Shown: one piece after another, positions 10,225 through 19,708 of the stretch
Layout: each line of letters starts with the position of its first letter
Numbering within the stretch: position 1 is the stretch's first letter
DNA from: Sphingomonas sp.
Lineage (GTDB): Bacteria; Pseudomonadota; Alphaproteobacteria; Sphingomonadales; Sphingomonadaceae
Assembly: GCA_043737475.1 (NCBI GenBank)
Contig: JAYTAP010000080.1
Coordinates: 3,321-67,320, forward strand
Length of the DNA stretch: 64,000 nucleotides
Direction of reading: 5' to 3'
The notes under the pieces: generated by a model
Database searches by the model: none
What the model was told of the DNA's origin: nothing
Seen by the model: only the letters and a program-made list of their open reading frames with translations
Position numbers and translations under genes: made by a program

Positions 10225-11019
10225 TTAACGCGACATGATTGGGAAATTATCGATCAGACGAGTCGATCCGATTCGCGCGGCGGCCAGAATGCGATCACCG
10301 CGGCGTTCGACATAGTCGATCGAAAAGCCCGCAGCAGTGATATCGGCGCGGGCGCGATCCAGTGTCTCGGCTTCGTTTGCACCACGTTCCAGCGCCAATG
10401 CGGCGGCCTGAAGCGAATGCGGCAGGGCAACAGCGGATGCGCGCTCGCTGGGCAACAGATAGGCATTGCGCGACGACAGGGCCAGACCATCGGCCTCGCG
10501 CTCGATCGGAACACCGACAATCGTAATCCCCATGTCGAGATCGGCAACCATCCGGCGGATCACTTGCAGTTGTTGCCAGTCTTTCTCGCCGAACAACGCT
10601 ATGTCGGGTCGAACCTGCGCAAACAACTTGTTGACCACCGTCGCGACACCGACAAAATGTCCGGGGCGCGATGCGCCGCACAGACCTTCGCTCACCCCTG
10701 CGACTGCGATGCTTGTTGCAAATCCATCCGGATACATGGTCGTCACGGTTGGTGCCCACAAGATTGCAACGCCCGCTTGCGCGAGCAGTGCCGCGTCATC
10801 CGCCTCGCGCCGGGGATAGCGCGACAGGTCTTCGGTGGGTGCAAATTGCGTCGGGTTGACAAATATCGTGGCAATAACATGATCGGCGTGGTGCTTTGCC
10901 GTCTCCACCAGCTTCATGTGCCCCGCGTGAAGCGCACCCATCGTCGGCACCACGGCCACCGTCCCGCCAAGAGACGCGCGCGCCATTCGCAAGGCAGCGA
11001 TGTCACGGATTATTTGCAC
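10225..11019 (-). CDS. panC: Pantoate--beta-alanine ligase
   Basis: VPTMGALHAGH, IFVNPTQF, RPGHFVGVATVV, FGEKDWQQL, READGLALSSRN, RLIDN. GTG start at 11019. Confidence 0.97.
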   Translation of the reverse strand: MQIIRDIAALRMARASLGGTVAVVPTMGALHAGHMKLVETAKHHADHVIATIFVNPTQFAPTEDLSRYPRREADDAALLAQAGVAILWAPTVTTMYPDGFATSIAVAGVSEGLCGASRPGHFVGVATVVNKLFAQVRPDIALFGEKDWQQLQVIRRMVADLDMGITIVGVPIEREADGLALSSRNAYLLPSERASAVALPHSLQAAALALERGANEAETLDRARADITAAGFSIDYVERRGDRILAAARIGSTRLIDNFPIMSR

Positions 11020-11109
11020 GGAAAATATGCCTCCCTTATGGCGGTCGGATGTGCGCCGACTGGCGCGCATGGATTGCTAACCAAATGGCGGGGGCCGATC
11101 AACATAGTG

Positions 11110-11910
11110 ATGAATGCGATGCACATGCACAAAATCGTTTTTGCCAATGAAAAAGGCGGTACGGGCAAGTCGACGACGGCGGTCCACACAGCCGTTGCGC
11201 TATGTGCGGCAGGCTTTCGTGTCGCTGTTCTCGACATGGATGTGCGACAAAAGACGACAGTGCGTTACCTCGACAATCGTGCTGCGACCGTGCGGCGGCG
11301 CGGGCTCGACCTGCCGATGCCGGTTTATGGCGTGCTGTCGCTGATGACGCCTGCAGGTGTCGAGCAGGATGCGGCACGGCTGGGGCATGGTTGCGATTAT
11401 ATCATCATCGATACGCCGGGGCGCGATGATCCGCTTGCGCGCGCAGCGATTGCGCTGGCCGATACGCTGGTGACACCGATCAACGACAGTTTCGTCGATC
11501 TCGACCTGATCGGACAAGTCGATGCTGAGACGTTCAAGGTCAAAAAGCCGAGTTTTTATGCCGAACTGATCTGGGATTTGCGTAAGGTCCGCGCGAAAAC
11601 CGATGGCGGCACGGTCGACTGGGTCGTGCTGCGCAACCGGCTCCAGCATCTCGAGGCACATAACATGCGGCGCGTCGGTGCTGCACTGGCGGAACTTTCG
11701 AAGCGCGTCGGTTTCCGCGTCATACCGGGGCTCGGCGAGCGGGTTATCTATCGCGAGTTGTTTCCCAAAGGGCTGACCTTGCTCGACGTCGGTGCGATCG
11801 AGTCAGTCGGGCTTAGCCACATCGCAGCGCGGCAGGAATTGCGCGAGATGATTTCCGCTTTTGCGCTGCCTGCCCGCGAAGAAGCGCTTCCACAACTGGA
11901 ATTTTCATGA
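11110..11910 (+). CDS. mipZ: Division plane positioning ATPase MipZ
   Basis: NEKGGTGKSTT, DTPGRD, ADTLVTPINDSFVDLD, WVVLRNRL, GLGERVIYRELFPKGLT. True start ~11110-11125. Confidence 0.93.
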   Translation: MNAMHMHKIVFANEKGGTGKSTTAVHTAVALCAAGFRVAVLDMDVRQKTTVRYLDNRAATVRRRGLDLPMPVYGVLSLMTPAGVEQDAARLGHGCDYIIIDTPGRDDPLARAAIALADTLVTPINDSFVDLDLIGQVDAETFKVKKPSFYAELIWDLRKVRAKTDGGTVDWVVLRNRLQHLEAHNMRRVGAALAELSKRVGFRVIPGLGERVIYRELFPKGLTLLDVGAIESVGLSHIAARQELREMISAFALPAREEALPQLEFS

Positions 11911-12155
11911 AGATTATCCTGATTATCGTGGTACTTGTCGCGCTTTATTTCGTGGGCAAGCGCTTCCTTGCCACGCCGTTAGGCATGGGCAAGGTCGAGG
12001 CAGCCAAATTGCTCGGTGTCGCCACCGACGCGGACAACGAGGCTATTCTCGATGCGCACCGCCGTCTGATTGCAAAGGTTCATCCCGATGCCGGTGGCAA
12101 TGCCGAGCTGGCCGCGCGCATCAACCGGGCGCGTGACACGATGCTGAAACCTTAG
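11907..12155 (+). CDS. Small membrane-anchored J-domain protein
   Basis: N-terminal TM followed by a minimal J domain with HPD (KVHPDAGGN...RINRARD). ATG overlaps the mipZ stop. Confidence 0.88.
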   Translation: MKIILIIVVLVALYFVGKRFLATPLGMGKVEAAKLLGVATDADNEAILDAHRRLIAKVHPDAGGNAELAARINRARDTMLKP

Positions 12156-12197
12156 GGCCGCTAAGCGGGTTTACGCATTCCACGACAAGGAAAATTC

Positions 12198-13604
12198 ATG
12201 ACGCATCGCTTCAATCCGTCCTCGCTGCGCGAATATGATATCCGCGGCATTGTCGGCGAAACTCTGGGCGAGGCGGATGCCTACGCAATCGGGCGCGGCT
12301 TTGGAACGCGCGTACGACGCAATGGCGGAACGCGCGTGGCGGTCGGCTATGATGGGCGTGTCAGTTCGATAAGTCTTGAGGGCGAACTGGTTCGTGGCCT
12401 GCGCGAAACCGGGATCGATGTCGTTCGTGTCGGCTTAGGGCCAACGCCAATGCTCTATTATGCCGAAGCGACGCTCGAGGTCGACGGCGGCGTTCAGGTA
12501 ACCGGCAGCCACAACCCCGGCGAGTATAATGGCTTCAAGATGGTGCTTGCGCATGCGCCGTTTTACGGGGCGGACATCCGCGATCTCGATCGGCTCGGCG
12601 AGGCTGCCGACTGGGAGACCGGTGACGGCGCGGTCAGCGACTATGTCATCATCGACGATTACGTCGCGCGATTGGTCGAGGGGTATGACGCCAAGAAACC
12701 CGATGGCGCCCCTTTCCGCATCGGCTGGGACGCCGGCAACGGTGCGGCGGGCGAGGTTATCGAGAAACTCGTTGCGTTGTTGCCCGGTGAACATTTTACG
12801 CTCTTCACAGATATTGATGGCAACTTCCCCAATCATCATCCGGACCCAACCGAGGAAAAAAATCTAAGCGACCTGAAAAAGCTCGTCGCTGACAACAAGC
12901 TCGATTTCGGACTGGCTTTCGATGGCGATGGGGATCGCATAGGCGCGGTTGATGGCATGGGCCGGGTCGTTTGGGGGGACCAGATTTTGAGCATTTTGGC
13001 AGAACCTGTGTTGAAGGCGTTGCCGGGAGCTACGATCATTGCCGATGTAAAAGCTTCACAAGCGCTTTATGATCGCGTGTCCGAACTCGGTGGCGAACCG
13101 CTCATGTGGAAAACCGGGCACAGCCTGATCAAGACCAAGATGAAGGAAACCGGCGCGCCGCTTGCCGGCGAAATGTCGGGCCATGTGTTCTTCGCCAAAG
13201 ATTATTACGACTTTTACGGATTCGACGATGCGCAATTTGCGGCCATCCAGCTAATCCGTGCTGTCGCGTCGCAGGGCGGCTCGTTGACAGCGTTGAAGGA
13301 TGCGATGCCGCCAATGGTTAATACGCCCGAAATGCGGTTTCAGGTTTCCGAAGAGCGCAAGTTTGCGGTAATTGATGAAGTGCTCGACCGGCTTGAAGAC
13401 GAAGGCGCCGATGTGAACCGCACGGACGGCGCGCGCGTCAACACGGCGGACGGCTGGTGGCTGCTGCGCGCATCGAACACGCAGGATGTGCTGGTCGCCC
13501 GCGCCGAAGCGCAGGACGAAGCAGGCCTCGAACGCCTGATGGCGATGATTGATGCCCAGCTCGCGGCATCGGGGCTTGAGCGGGGACCTCAGGCGGGGCA
13601 CTAG
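12198..13604 (+). CDS. pgmG: Phosphoglucomutase/phosphomannomutase
   Basis: REYDIRG, TGSHNP phosphoserine loop, FDGDGDR metal loop, GEMSGH, RASNTQ. Confidence 0.93.
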   Translation: MTHRFNPSSLREYDIRGIVGETLGEADAYAIGRGFGTRVRRNGGTRVAVGYDGRVSSISLEGELVRGLRETGIDVVRVGLGPTPMLYYAEATLEVDGGVQVTGSHNPGEYNGFKMVLAHAPFYGADIRDLDRLGEAADWETGDGAVSDYVIIDDYVARLVEGYDAKKPDGAPFRIGWDAGNGAAGEVIEKLVALLPGEHFTLFTDIDGNFPNHHPDPTEEKNLSDLKKLVADNKLDFGLAFDGDGDRIGAVDGMGRVVWGDQILSILAEPVLKALPGATIIADVKASQALYDRVSELGGEPLMWKTGHSLIKTKMKETGAPLAGEMSGHVFFAKDYYDFYGFDDAQFAAIQLIRAVASQGGSLTALKDAMPPMVNTPEMRFQVSEERKFAVIDEVLDRLEDEGADVNRTDGARVNTADGWWLLRASNTQDVLVARAEAQDEAGLERLMAMIDAQLAASGLERGPQAGH

Positions 13605-13682
13605 GACCTTCTTGTTGGGGAGCAGGGCGTTATTAATATTGCCGCCACCCATAATCCGGGCGCATAAACTATCTGTAAAGCA

Positions 13683-14147
13683 TCAACGCCGACTTGCCCG
13701 CTCGAGCAACTCCTCGCGAATGCGGATGCCGCGGACGGCAACACGCGTTTCGACGAGGAACAGCGCCAGCCCTGCCGCCAGCAGGGCCATCGACAGGACA
13801 AACAGGATCGATACGCTGGTGCCGTAGTTGAGGTTCGCCATTTCGGCGACGAACAGCAGTGTCACGACGACACAGACCGTAATCGCGCTCGCCACGCACA
13901 GGAATATTGCATTGCTCGCCAGCGTGATCCGCCGGTCGAGCAGACGCAACTCCCAGACATGGCGGTCATGCTCGGCGCCGCTTGAATCGGGATGCAACCG
14001 TTCGAGCACGCGCGCGCGATCCACCACGCGGTTCAGGCGTCCGGCGATCACATTCATGAACGCTCCGATCCCCGCGAGCAGGAAAACGGGCGCAACGGCA
14101 AGCTGGATCGTGCGCGCAATATCGGTCAGCGCGATGACTTCATTCAT
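13683..14147 (-). CDS. DUF2721-type membrane protein
   Basis: IQLAVAPVFLLAGIG...RLNRVVDRAR with three TM helices. Confidence 0.8.
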   Translation of the reverse strand: MNEVIALTDIARTIQLAVAPVFLLAGIGAFMNVIAGRLNRVVDRARVLERLHPDSSGAEHDRHVWELRLLDRRITLASNAIFLCVASAITVCVVVTLLFVAEMANLNYGTSVSILFVLSMALLAAGLALFLVETRVAVRGIRIREELLERASRR

Positions 14148-14890
14148 TTGGGTTTGCGGAAGCGGAAGGCAAACCGATCGGTCTTGCCGCGAATGGCAGG
14201 GTCGAAGACATTTTTGCTGAGATCGTCGCTCGCGATGCGCAGCAGCGGGCTTTCGGCGTCGAGGACAAAGCCGCCGCGCACAAAATCGGCTTTTACGGTT
14301 TCGGGGTCGATACGGTGAACCTTGTCGACAATTGCGCGCGTGTCTCCGGCGGAACCGACGTGATCGATGACAGCAATGATGCCGCCTGGCCTCGTCGCAT
14401 GAAACAGGCCCGCGATGACCATGTTCGGGTCGGTACGCGGCACCTTATATTGGACGCTTTCGAAGTAGAAGTCATGATAGTTCAGATGCAGCATGACGAA
14501 ATCGAGAGTCGCGGGTTTGGTCATCAACGCCACGAGGTCACCCGTATAGATCAAATTTTTGTGCCGTAAGGCGAGCGCTTCGAGGGCCGTTTTGCTTTTG
14601 CCTGCCATGTAAGTGGCCGGCGAAAATGCGATGACGCTGCCCTTGGGGCCGACAGCACGCGCTATAATCTCGGCATAATAGCCGTTGCCCGCCAGCAGAT
14701 CGAGCGCCGTCATGCCCGGTTTCAATTGCATGAAGCGCAATATTTCGGTCGGTTTGCGACTGGCGTCGAGCGCGACATGATCGGCGGCCCGGTCTTTTGC
14801 AGCGACGGCAGCGGCGATCGAGGGTGCCTTCGCCGAAGCAAACGGGGCCGCCGTGGTTGCAAGGAGCAGAGCAAAGGCAAAAGCACGCAT
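14144..14890 (-). CDS. Exported class I SAM-dependent methyltransferase-like protein
   Basis: Signal peptide; DASRKP, LDLLAGNGYY (motif I), LNYHD, RPGGIIAVIDH, GKTDRF. Confidence 0.85.
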   Translation of the reverse strand: MRAFAFALLLATTAAPFASAKAPSIAAAVAAKDRAADHVALDASRKPTEILRFMQLKPGMTALDLLAGNGYYAEIIARAVGPKGSVIAFSPATYMAGKSKTALEALALRHKNLIYTGDLVALMTKPATLDFVMLHLNYHDFYFESVQYKVPRTDPNMVIAGLFHATRPGGIIAVIDHVGSAGDTRAIVDKVHRIDPETVKADFVRGGFVLDAESPLLRIASDDLSKNVFDPAIRGKTDRFAFRFRKPK

Positions 14891-15025
14891 CGGGCATCTC
14901 CTACGATTGATTACGGGCCGAGTTTGGACCGCGAACGCGCGTCGATCAAGCGTCAGTATTTCTGTCGCAACGTTGAACAGATTGGCGCGACCGTAGTTTC
15001 GCCTTGCCTATAAACGGAGATTATC

Positions 15026-15238
15026 ATGGCCCTGTCACTCGCCCGCTTCACGATCAAACGGACGCTCGACGACAGCTTTATGCTGCATATAGAAGATGAC
15101 TCAGGAACAACGCTCGAGCTCGAGGCAACCTATGACCAGCTCGACCTTATCACCGAAGCGATCGAGGAAGCGCTCGAAATCGAGGCAGACGATCAGGAAG
15201 CGGCAGATGACGACGTCGAAGAAAGCAATGACGACTGA
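15026..15238 (+). CDS. Small, very acidic hypothetical protein
   Basis: 70 aa, SD-like GGAG upstream of the ATG, 24 Asp/Glu versus 3 Lys/Arg. Confidence 0.7.
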   Translation: MALSLARFTIKRTLDDSFMLHIEDDSGTTLELEATYDQLDLITEAIEEALEIEADDQEAADDDVEESNDD

Positions 15239-15532
15239 TCAGGCCTTGCCGCGCCATTGCAGCGAGCGGCGATTGAGCTCGTCGAGATCGGCGTCGCCCG
15301 TCACGACCGCCTCGCCCAACGCGATCGCGCGTTCGAGGGTTGCGGCGTCGGCGCGGCGGTAGGCTGGGCGCTTCGATATATAGGCATACCACGTCCCGCC
15401 GCAGGCGTTGTCGAGGAGGACGCGTTGAAAGCAGTGGTCGTTGCGGATCGGCCAGCAACGCTCCGCCGCAAGCTCGGGCATGATTTCGCGCGTCAGTTCC
15501 AGCCATCTTGCTTCGAGGTCGGCACGCGTCAC
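15239..15532 (-). CDS. 97-aa conserved hypothetical protein
   Basis: GTG at 15532 overlaps the aminotransferase TGA (GTGA). WPIRNDHCFQRVLLDNACGGTWY...PAYR looks like a conserved family motif. Confidence 0.75.
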   Translation of the reverse strand: MTRADLEARWLELTREIMPELAAERCWPIRNDHCFQRVLLDNACGGTWYAYISKRPAYRRADAATLERAIALGEAVVTGDADLDELNRRSLQWRGKA

Positions 15533-16734
15533 CCGGTTTTCGCGCCGGCGTTCACGCCCATGCTCAGGAGATATTTCTTCACATTGCGCGCGGCCTGACG
15601 GATGCGTTGTTCGTTTTCGACCATCGCGATACGGACGAAGCCTTCGCCGTCTTCGCCGTAGCCGACGCCGGGGGCAACCGCGACGCCGGCATGAGTGAGC
15701 AACTGCTTGGTGAATTCGAGCGAGCCCAGATGCGCAAGCGCGGGCGGCACCGGCGCCCAGCAAAACATGCTGGCGCGCGGGGGCGGAATTTCCCAACCGG
15801 CGCGGCCGAAGCTTTCGACAAGCACGTCGCGTCGCTTGTGGTAAAGTTCGCGGTTGCTCTGAACGATGTCCTGCGGGCCGTTCAGCGCTGCGCAGGCGGC
15901 CGCCTGAATGGGTGTAAACGCGCCATAATCGAGATATGATTTAACGCGCGTCAGGGCCGCAATCAAATGCGCATTGCCGACCGCAAAGCCGACGCGCCAG
16001 CCCGCCATCGAAAACGTTTTGGACATCGAAGTAAACTCGACGGCAATGTCCTTTGCACCGGGAACCTGCAGGATCGAGGGCGTCGGATTGCCGTCGAAAT
16101 AAAGCTCCGAATAGGCAAGGTCGGAGAGCACCCAGACTTTGTTTTCTTTGGCCCAGGCGACCAGCCGCGTGTAAAATGCCAGATCGACTGTTTCCGCCGT
16201 CGGGTTGGACGGATAGTTGACGATCAACACTGAAGGCCGCGGCACCGTAAATGCCATTGCCCGATCGAGCGACCGCCAGTAATTCTCGTCGGGCGTGGTC
16301 GGCACGCTGCGGATCGTTGCCCCTGCGATGATGAAGCCGAAGGTGTGGATCGGATAACTTGGGTTTGGGGCAAGCACCACGTCGCCTGGTGCCGTGATGG
16401 CCGTGGCAAGGCTCGCCAGCCCCTCTTTCGATCCCATCGTCATGACGACTTCGGTTTCGGGGTTCAGGTCCACACCGAAGCGGCGGGCATAATAATTGGC
16501 CTGCGCCTTGCGAACGCCGGGAATGCCCTTCGAGGCCGAATATCCGTGTGAATCGGGCTTCATTGCGACTTCGCAAAGCTTGTCGATGACATGCTGCGGC
16601 GGTGGCAAATCGGGATTGCCCATGCCAAGATCAATGATGTCCTCGCCCCCCGCCCGCGCGGCAGCCCTCATCGCATTGACTTCGGCGATCACATAGGGCG
16701 GCAGGCGCTTCATACGGTAGAATTCGTCGGACAT
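15529..16734 (-). CDS. PLP-dependent class I/II aminotransferase (AlaC/YfdZ- or DapL-like)
   Basis: RLPPYV, DLGMGNPD, NYPSNPT, DLAYSE, SMSKTFSMAGWRVGF. Confidence 0.93.
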   Translation of the reverse strand: MSDEFYRMKRLPPYVIAEVNAMRAAARAGGEDIIDLGMGNPDLPPPQHVIDKLCEVAMKPDSHGYSASKGIPGVRKAQANYYARRFGVDLNPETEVVMTMGSKEGLASLATAITAPGDVVLAPNPSYPIHTFGFIIAGATIRSVPTTPDENYWRSLDRAMAFTVPRPSVLIVNYPSNPTAETVDLAFYTRLVAWAKENKVWVLSDLAYSELYFDGNPTPSILQVPGAKDIAVEFTSMSKTFSMAGWRVGFAVGNAHLIAALTRVKSYLDYGAFTPIQAAACAALNGPQDIVQSNRELYHKRRDVLVESFGRAGWEIPPPRASMFCWAPVPPALAHLGSLEFTKQLLTHAGVAVAPGVGYGEDGEGFVRIAMVENEQRIRQAARNVKKYLLSMGVNAGAKTG

Positions 16735-16825
16735 TTCAATCCTTTTGAGCTAGTCGATTTGTCATAACCGTTCGGGCCGGGCTTGTCGAAGTCCTGTCGT
16801 TCTTTTTGGGCAGCGGAGTTGGCGC

Positions 16826-18394
16826 ATGACATCGGACCCGACACCCGACCCCGCAGCAGGCATTCGCGCGATCCTCGACGGTTGGGGCGCGTTGCTGAAA
16901 CCGATTGCCGCGGCAAACCGCGACAAGGTCGATCCGCGCGACAAGCGCTTTGCAGGTCCGGAATGGGAGCATCCCGTTTTCGACCTGATGCGGCAGGGCT
17001 ATGCGATCATGTCCGATGCGATGATGGCATCGGTCGACGCGATGCCGGGCGAGCCGCACCAGAAAACGCAGATGGCGTTTGCGATGCGTACGCTCATCGA
17101 AGCGATGTCGCCTGCCAATTCGCCGCTGACCAATCCGGTTGCGTTCAACAAGGCACTGGAAACCAACGGTGCGAGTCTGGCCAGCGGTTTCCAGCATCTG
17201 ATGGCCGATATCCAGCGCGGACAATTGACGCACACAGCGTCTGACGCGTTCGAAGTGGGGCGCAACATTGCGACCACGCCGGGCAAGGTCATTCACGAAA
17301 CGCCGCTGTATCAGCTAATCCACTATGCGCCGACGACACCGACGGTTGGTAAGACGCCGCTGGTGATCTTTCCGCCGTGGATCAATCGCTTTTACATCCT
17401 CGATCTCAGCCCCGAAAAGAGTTTCATCCGCTGGGCCGTCGCCGAGGGGTTGAGCGTTTTCATGGTCAGCTGGAAATCGGCCGATGGGTCGATGGCCGAG
17501 ATTATCTGGGACGATTACATCGCGGCACAGATCGACGCGATCGATACGATCCGCGCGTTGCTCGATGTAAAGTCCGTGCATACGATCGGCTATTGCGTGG
17601 CGGGCACGACGCTGGCGGCGACGCTGGCCGTGCTCGCGGCAAAGGGCAAGGCAAAGACGGTCGCGTCCGCAACCTTTTTCACAGCGCAAGTCGATTTCAG
17701 CGAAGCGGGCGAACTGCTGAACTTCGTCGACGACGCCAATCTCGCGATGATCGACCAGCTGTCGAGCCAGGGTTTCCTCGATGGCCGCTATCTTGCGCTG
17801 ACGTTCAATCTGCTTCGCGGCAAGGACCTGATCTGGAACACCGTGGTCAGCAATTACTTGCTCGGCAAGGACTATCCTGCCTTCGATCTGCTGCACTGGA
17901 ATGGCGATACGACCAACCTGCCCGCAAAATGGCACAAATCATATCTATGCGATCTGTATCGCGACAATAAGCTCGTGGTGCCCGGCGCGCTGCACGCGCT
18001 GGGCGAACCGATCGATCTGACCCGGATCGAAACACCGGCCTATATTCAGGCGGGACGCGAAGACCATATCGCACCGATGGCAAGCGTCTGGAAATTAACC
18101 GATCATCTGAAAGGCCCGATCCGGTTCGTGCTCGCAGGGTCGGGCCATATCGCTGGCGTCGTCAATCCACCGGCGGCATCGAAATATCAGCACTGGGTTG
18201 ATGGGCCGATGACGTCGGTCGACGATTTCATGGCCGGCGCGACCGAGCATAAAGGCAGCTGGTGGCCCGACTGGATACGCTGGATCCGCGTCATCGATAG
18301 GCACGAGGTCGAGGCTAGCGGTGCCCGTCTGCCGGGAGAGGGCGCACTGAAAACTATCGAAGATGCACCGGGACGCTACGTAAAATCGCGCTGA
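16826..18394 (+). CDS. phaC: Class I poly(3-hydroxyalkanoate) synthase
   Basis: DKRF...W, PPWINRFYILDL, lipase-like box GYCVAGT, EDHIAP (Asp), SGHIAG (His), GSWWPDW. Confidence 0.96.
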   Translation: MTSDPTPDPAAGIRAILDGWGALLKPIAAANRDKVDPRDKRFAGPEWEHPVFDLMRQGYAIMSDAMMASVDAMPGEPHQKTQMAFAMRTLIEAMSPANSPLTNPVAFNKALETNGASLASGFQHLMADIQRGQLTHTASDAFEVGRNIATTPGKVIHETPLYQLIHYAPTTPTVGKTPLVIFPPWINRFYILDLSPEKSFIRWAVAEGLSVFMVSWKSADGSMAEIIWDDYIAAQIDAIDTIRALLDVKSVHTIGYCVAGTTLAATLAVLAAKGKAKTVASATFFTAQVDFSEAGELLNFVDDANLAMIDQLSSQGFLDGRYLALTFNLLRGKDLIWNTVVSNYLLGKDYPAFDLLHWNGDTTNLPAKWHKSYLCDLYRDNKLVVPGALHALGEPIDLTRIETPAYIQAGREDHIAPMASVWKLTDHLKGPIRFVLAGSGHIAGVVNPPAASKYQHWVDGPMTSVDDFMAGATEHKGSWWPDWIRWIRVIDRHEVEASGARLPGEGALKTIEDAPGRYVKSR

Positions 18395-18425
18395 TTCAAA
18401 TCTCTGATGTAAGCATTCGTGATTA

Positions 18426-18484
18426 TGTTGCACTGCAACAAAAACAGTTGCAATCTTTCTCCACGCGATTATATTGCATTGCAG
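18426..18484. promoter_or_regulatory. Candidate PhaR operators upstream of the phasin gene
   Basis: 7-1-7 palindrome TGTTGCA-C-TGCAACA (18426-18440) and a second TTGCATTGCAG (18474-18484). Both fit the TGC-N3-GCA core reported for alphaproteobacterial PhaR. Confidence 0.65.
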
Positions 18485-18507
18485 CATAAACATTATGGAG
18501 GCCGCTC

Positions 18508-19245
18508 GTGGTCGATAAGCCTGATCTAGACAAAGTTGATGCCAAGCCAGTCGCACCCATTGCTCAGTCGGCACCCGCGTCGGCGCCTGTCGCAGCTGCC
18601 AAAGTCGAAGCACCCACGTCGGTTGTGGCAAAGGCGCCAGCTGCCAAGCCAGTGGCGCGCAAAAAGGCTGCGGTCGCAAAGCGCGCTGCTGCCGCACCTT
18701 CTAAGACTGCACCGTCCAAAACCGTCAGCGCAGCCAAAACATCCATCAAGCCAAAAGGAAACACACGCATGAACGATACCGTCAACAAGGTTCAGGAAAC
18801 CGCCCAGAAAATGACTGCCGATGCCACCGCACGTGCCACCGAAGTATTCGGCGACGTGTCGGCACGCGCAAAGACGGCCATGGAAAAGGGCTCGAAGGGT
18901 CTTGAAGAAATGGTCGAATTCTCGAAGGGCAACCTCGAAGCCGTCGTGGCGTCGGGCCGCGTTGCAGCCAAGGGCGTTCAGGACATTGCGAAATATTCGG
19001 CTGAATATGGTCGCAAGTCGATCGAAGATGCCAACGCAACAGCCAAGAAGTTTGCCGCTGTGAAATCGCCGACCGAATTCTTCGCGCTTCAGTCGGAAGT
19101 CGCCAAGAGCAATCTCGACGCGTTTGTCGGCGAAGCTTCGAAGTTCACCGAAGGCTATATGAAGCTGATGGGCGAAATCATGCAGCCGATGCAGAACCGT
19201 TATGCGGTTGCGGTCGACAAGGTGAAGACAGCCGTCGCTGCCTAA
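18508..19245 (+). CDS. phaP: Phasin with Ala/Lys/Pro-rich N-terminal extension
   Basis: Phasin-like amphipathic helices from M88 ([22 protein letters not shown]). Adjacent to phaC; SD GGAGG before GTG 18508. Confidence 0.88.
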   Translation: MVDKPDLDKVDAKPVAPIAQSAPASAPVAAAKVEAPTSVVAKAPAAKPVARKKAAVAKRAAAAPSKTAPSKTVSAAKTSIKPKGNTRMNDTVNKVQETAQKMTADATARATEVFGDVSARAKTAMEKGSKGLEEMVEFSKGNLEAVVASGRVAAKGVQDIAKYSAEYGRKSIEDANATAKKFAAVKSPTEFFALQSEVAKSNLDAFVGEASKFTEGYMKLMGEIMQPMQNRYAVAVDKVKTAVAA

Positions 19246-19266
19246 GCTTGTTGCAATCGAAATCGG

Positions 19267-19303
19267 AAAAGGCCGCTGCGGGAAACCGGGGCGGCCTTTT
19301 TTT
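19267..19303 (+). terminator. Rho-independent terminator after the phasin gene
   Basis: AAAAGGCCGC...GAAA...GCGGCC followed by a T-tract. Confidence 0.85.
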
Positions 19304-19351
19304 GTCGGCAAACTCTTGCCCCGTGGCCCCGCCTTGCCATATCGTGATGCT

Positions 19352-19693
19352 ATGCAGATTCTCAGCGCGAACGAACGAAAGAACGATGAAGGCGGCGGCA
19401 CGGGCGTCGGCGTTGCGACACGGACGCGGACGCGGACGAAGCAGCCCGCGCCGTACAAAGTGCTGATGCTCAACGATGATTACACGCCGATGGAATTCGT
19501 CGTCCTGTGCCTACAGCGATTTTTCCGCATGAGTATGGAGGACGCGACGCGCGTCATGCTTCATGTCCATCAAAAGGGCGTCGGCGTCTGCGGCATTTTC
19601 AGTTATGAAGTTGCCGAAACCAAAGTCACGCAAGTGATGGATTTTGCCCAGGCGCAACAGCATCCGCTCCAATGCACGCTCGAAAAAGCGTGA
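19352..19693 (+). CDS. clpS: ATP-dependent Clp protease adaptor ClpS
   Basis: [40 protein letters not shown]. Confidence 0.97.
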   Translation: MQILSANERKNDEGGGTGVGVATRTRTRTKQPAPYKVLMLNDDYTPMEFVVLCLQRFFRMSMEDATRVMLHVHQKGVGVCGIFSYEVAETKVTQVMDFAQAQQHPLQCTLEKA

Positions 19694-19708
19694 CTTGAGC
19701 GCGCGCGG

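Noticed and set aside
10417-11109. 497-aa 'long' MipZ in the ORF track
   Set aside because: The first 231 codons are the antisense shadow of panC; MipZ homology begins near 11110.
14974-14998. EcfG-like promoter TGAAC-N17-GTT before the acidic ORF
   Set aside because: First base mismatches GGAAC, and the motif is too short to support alone.
15533-15796. 185-aa version of the small minus-strand ORF
   Set aside because: Overlaps the aminotransferase out of frame; only the last 97 aa look protein-like.
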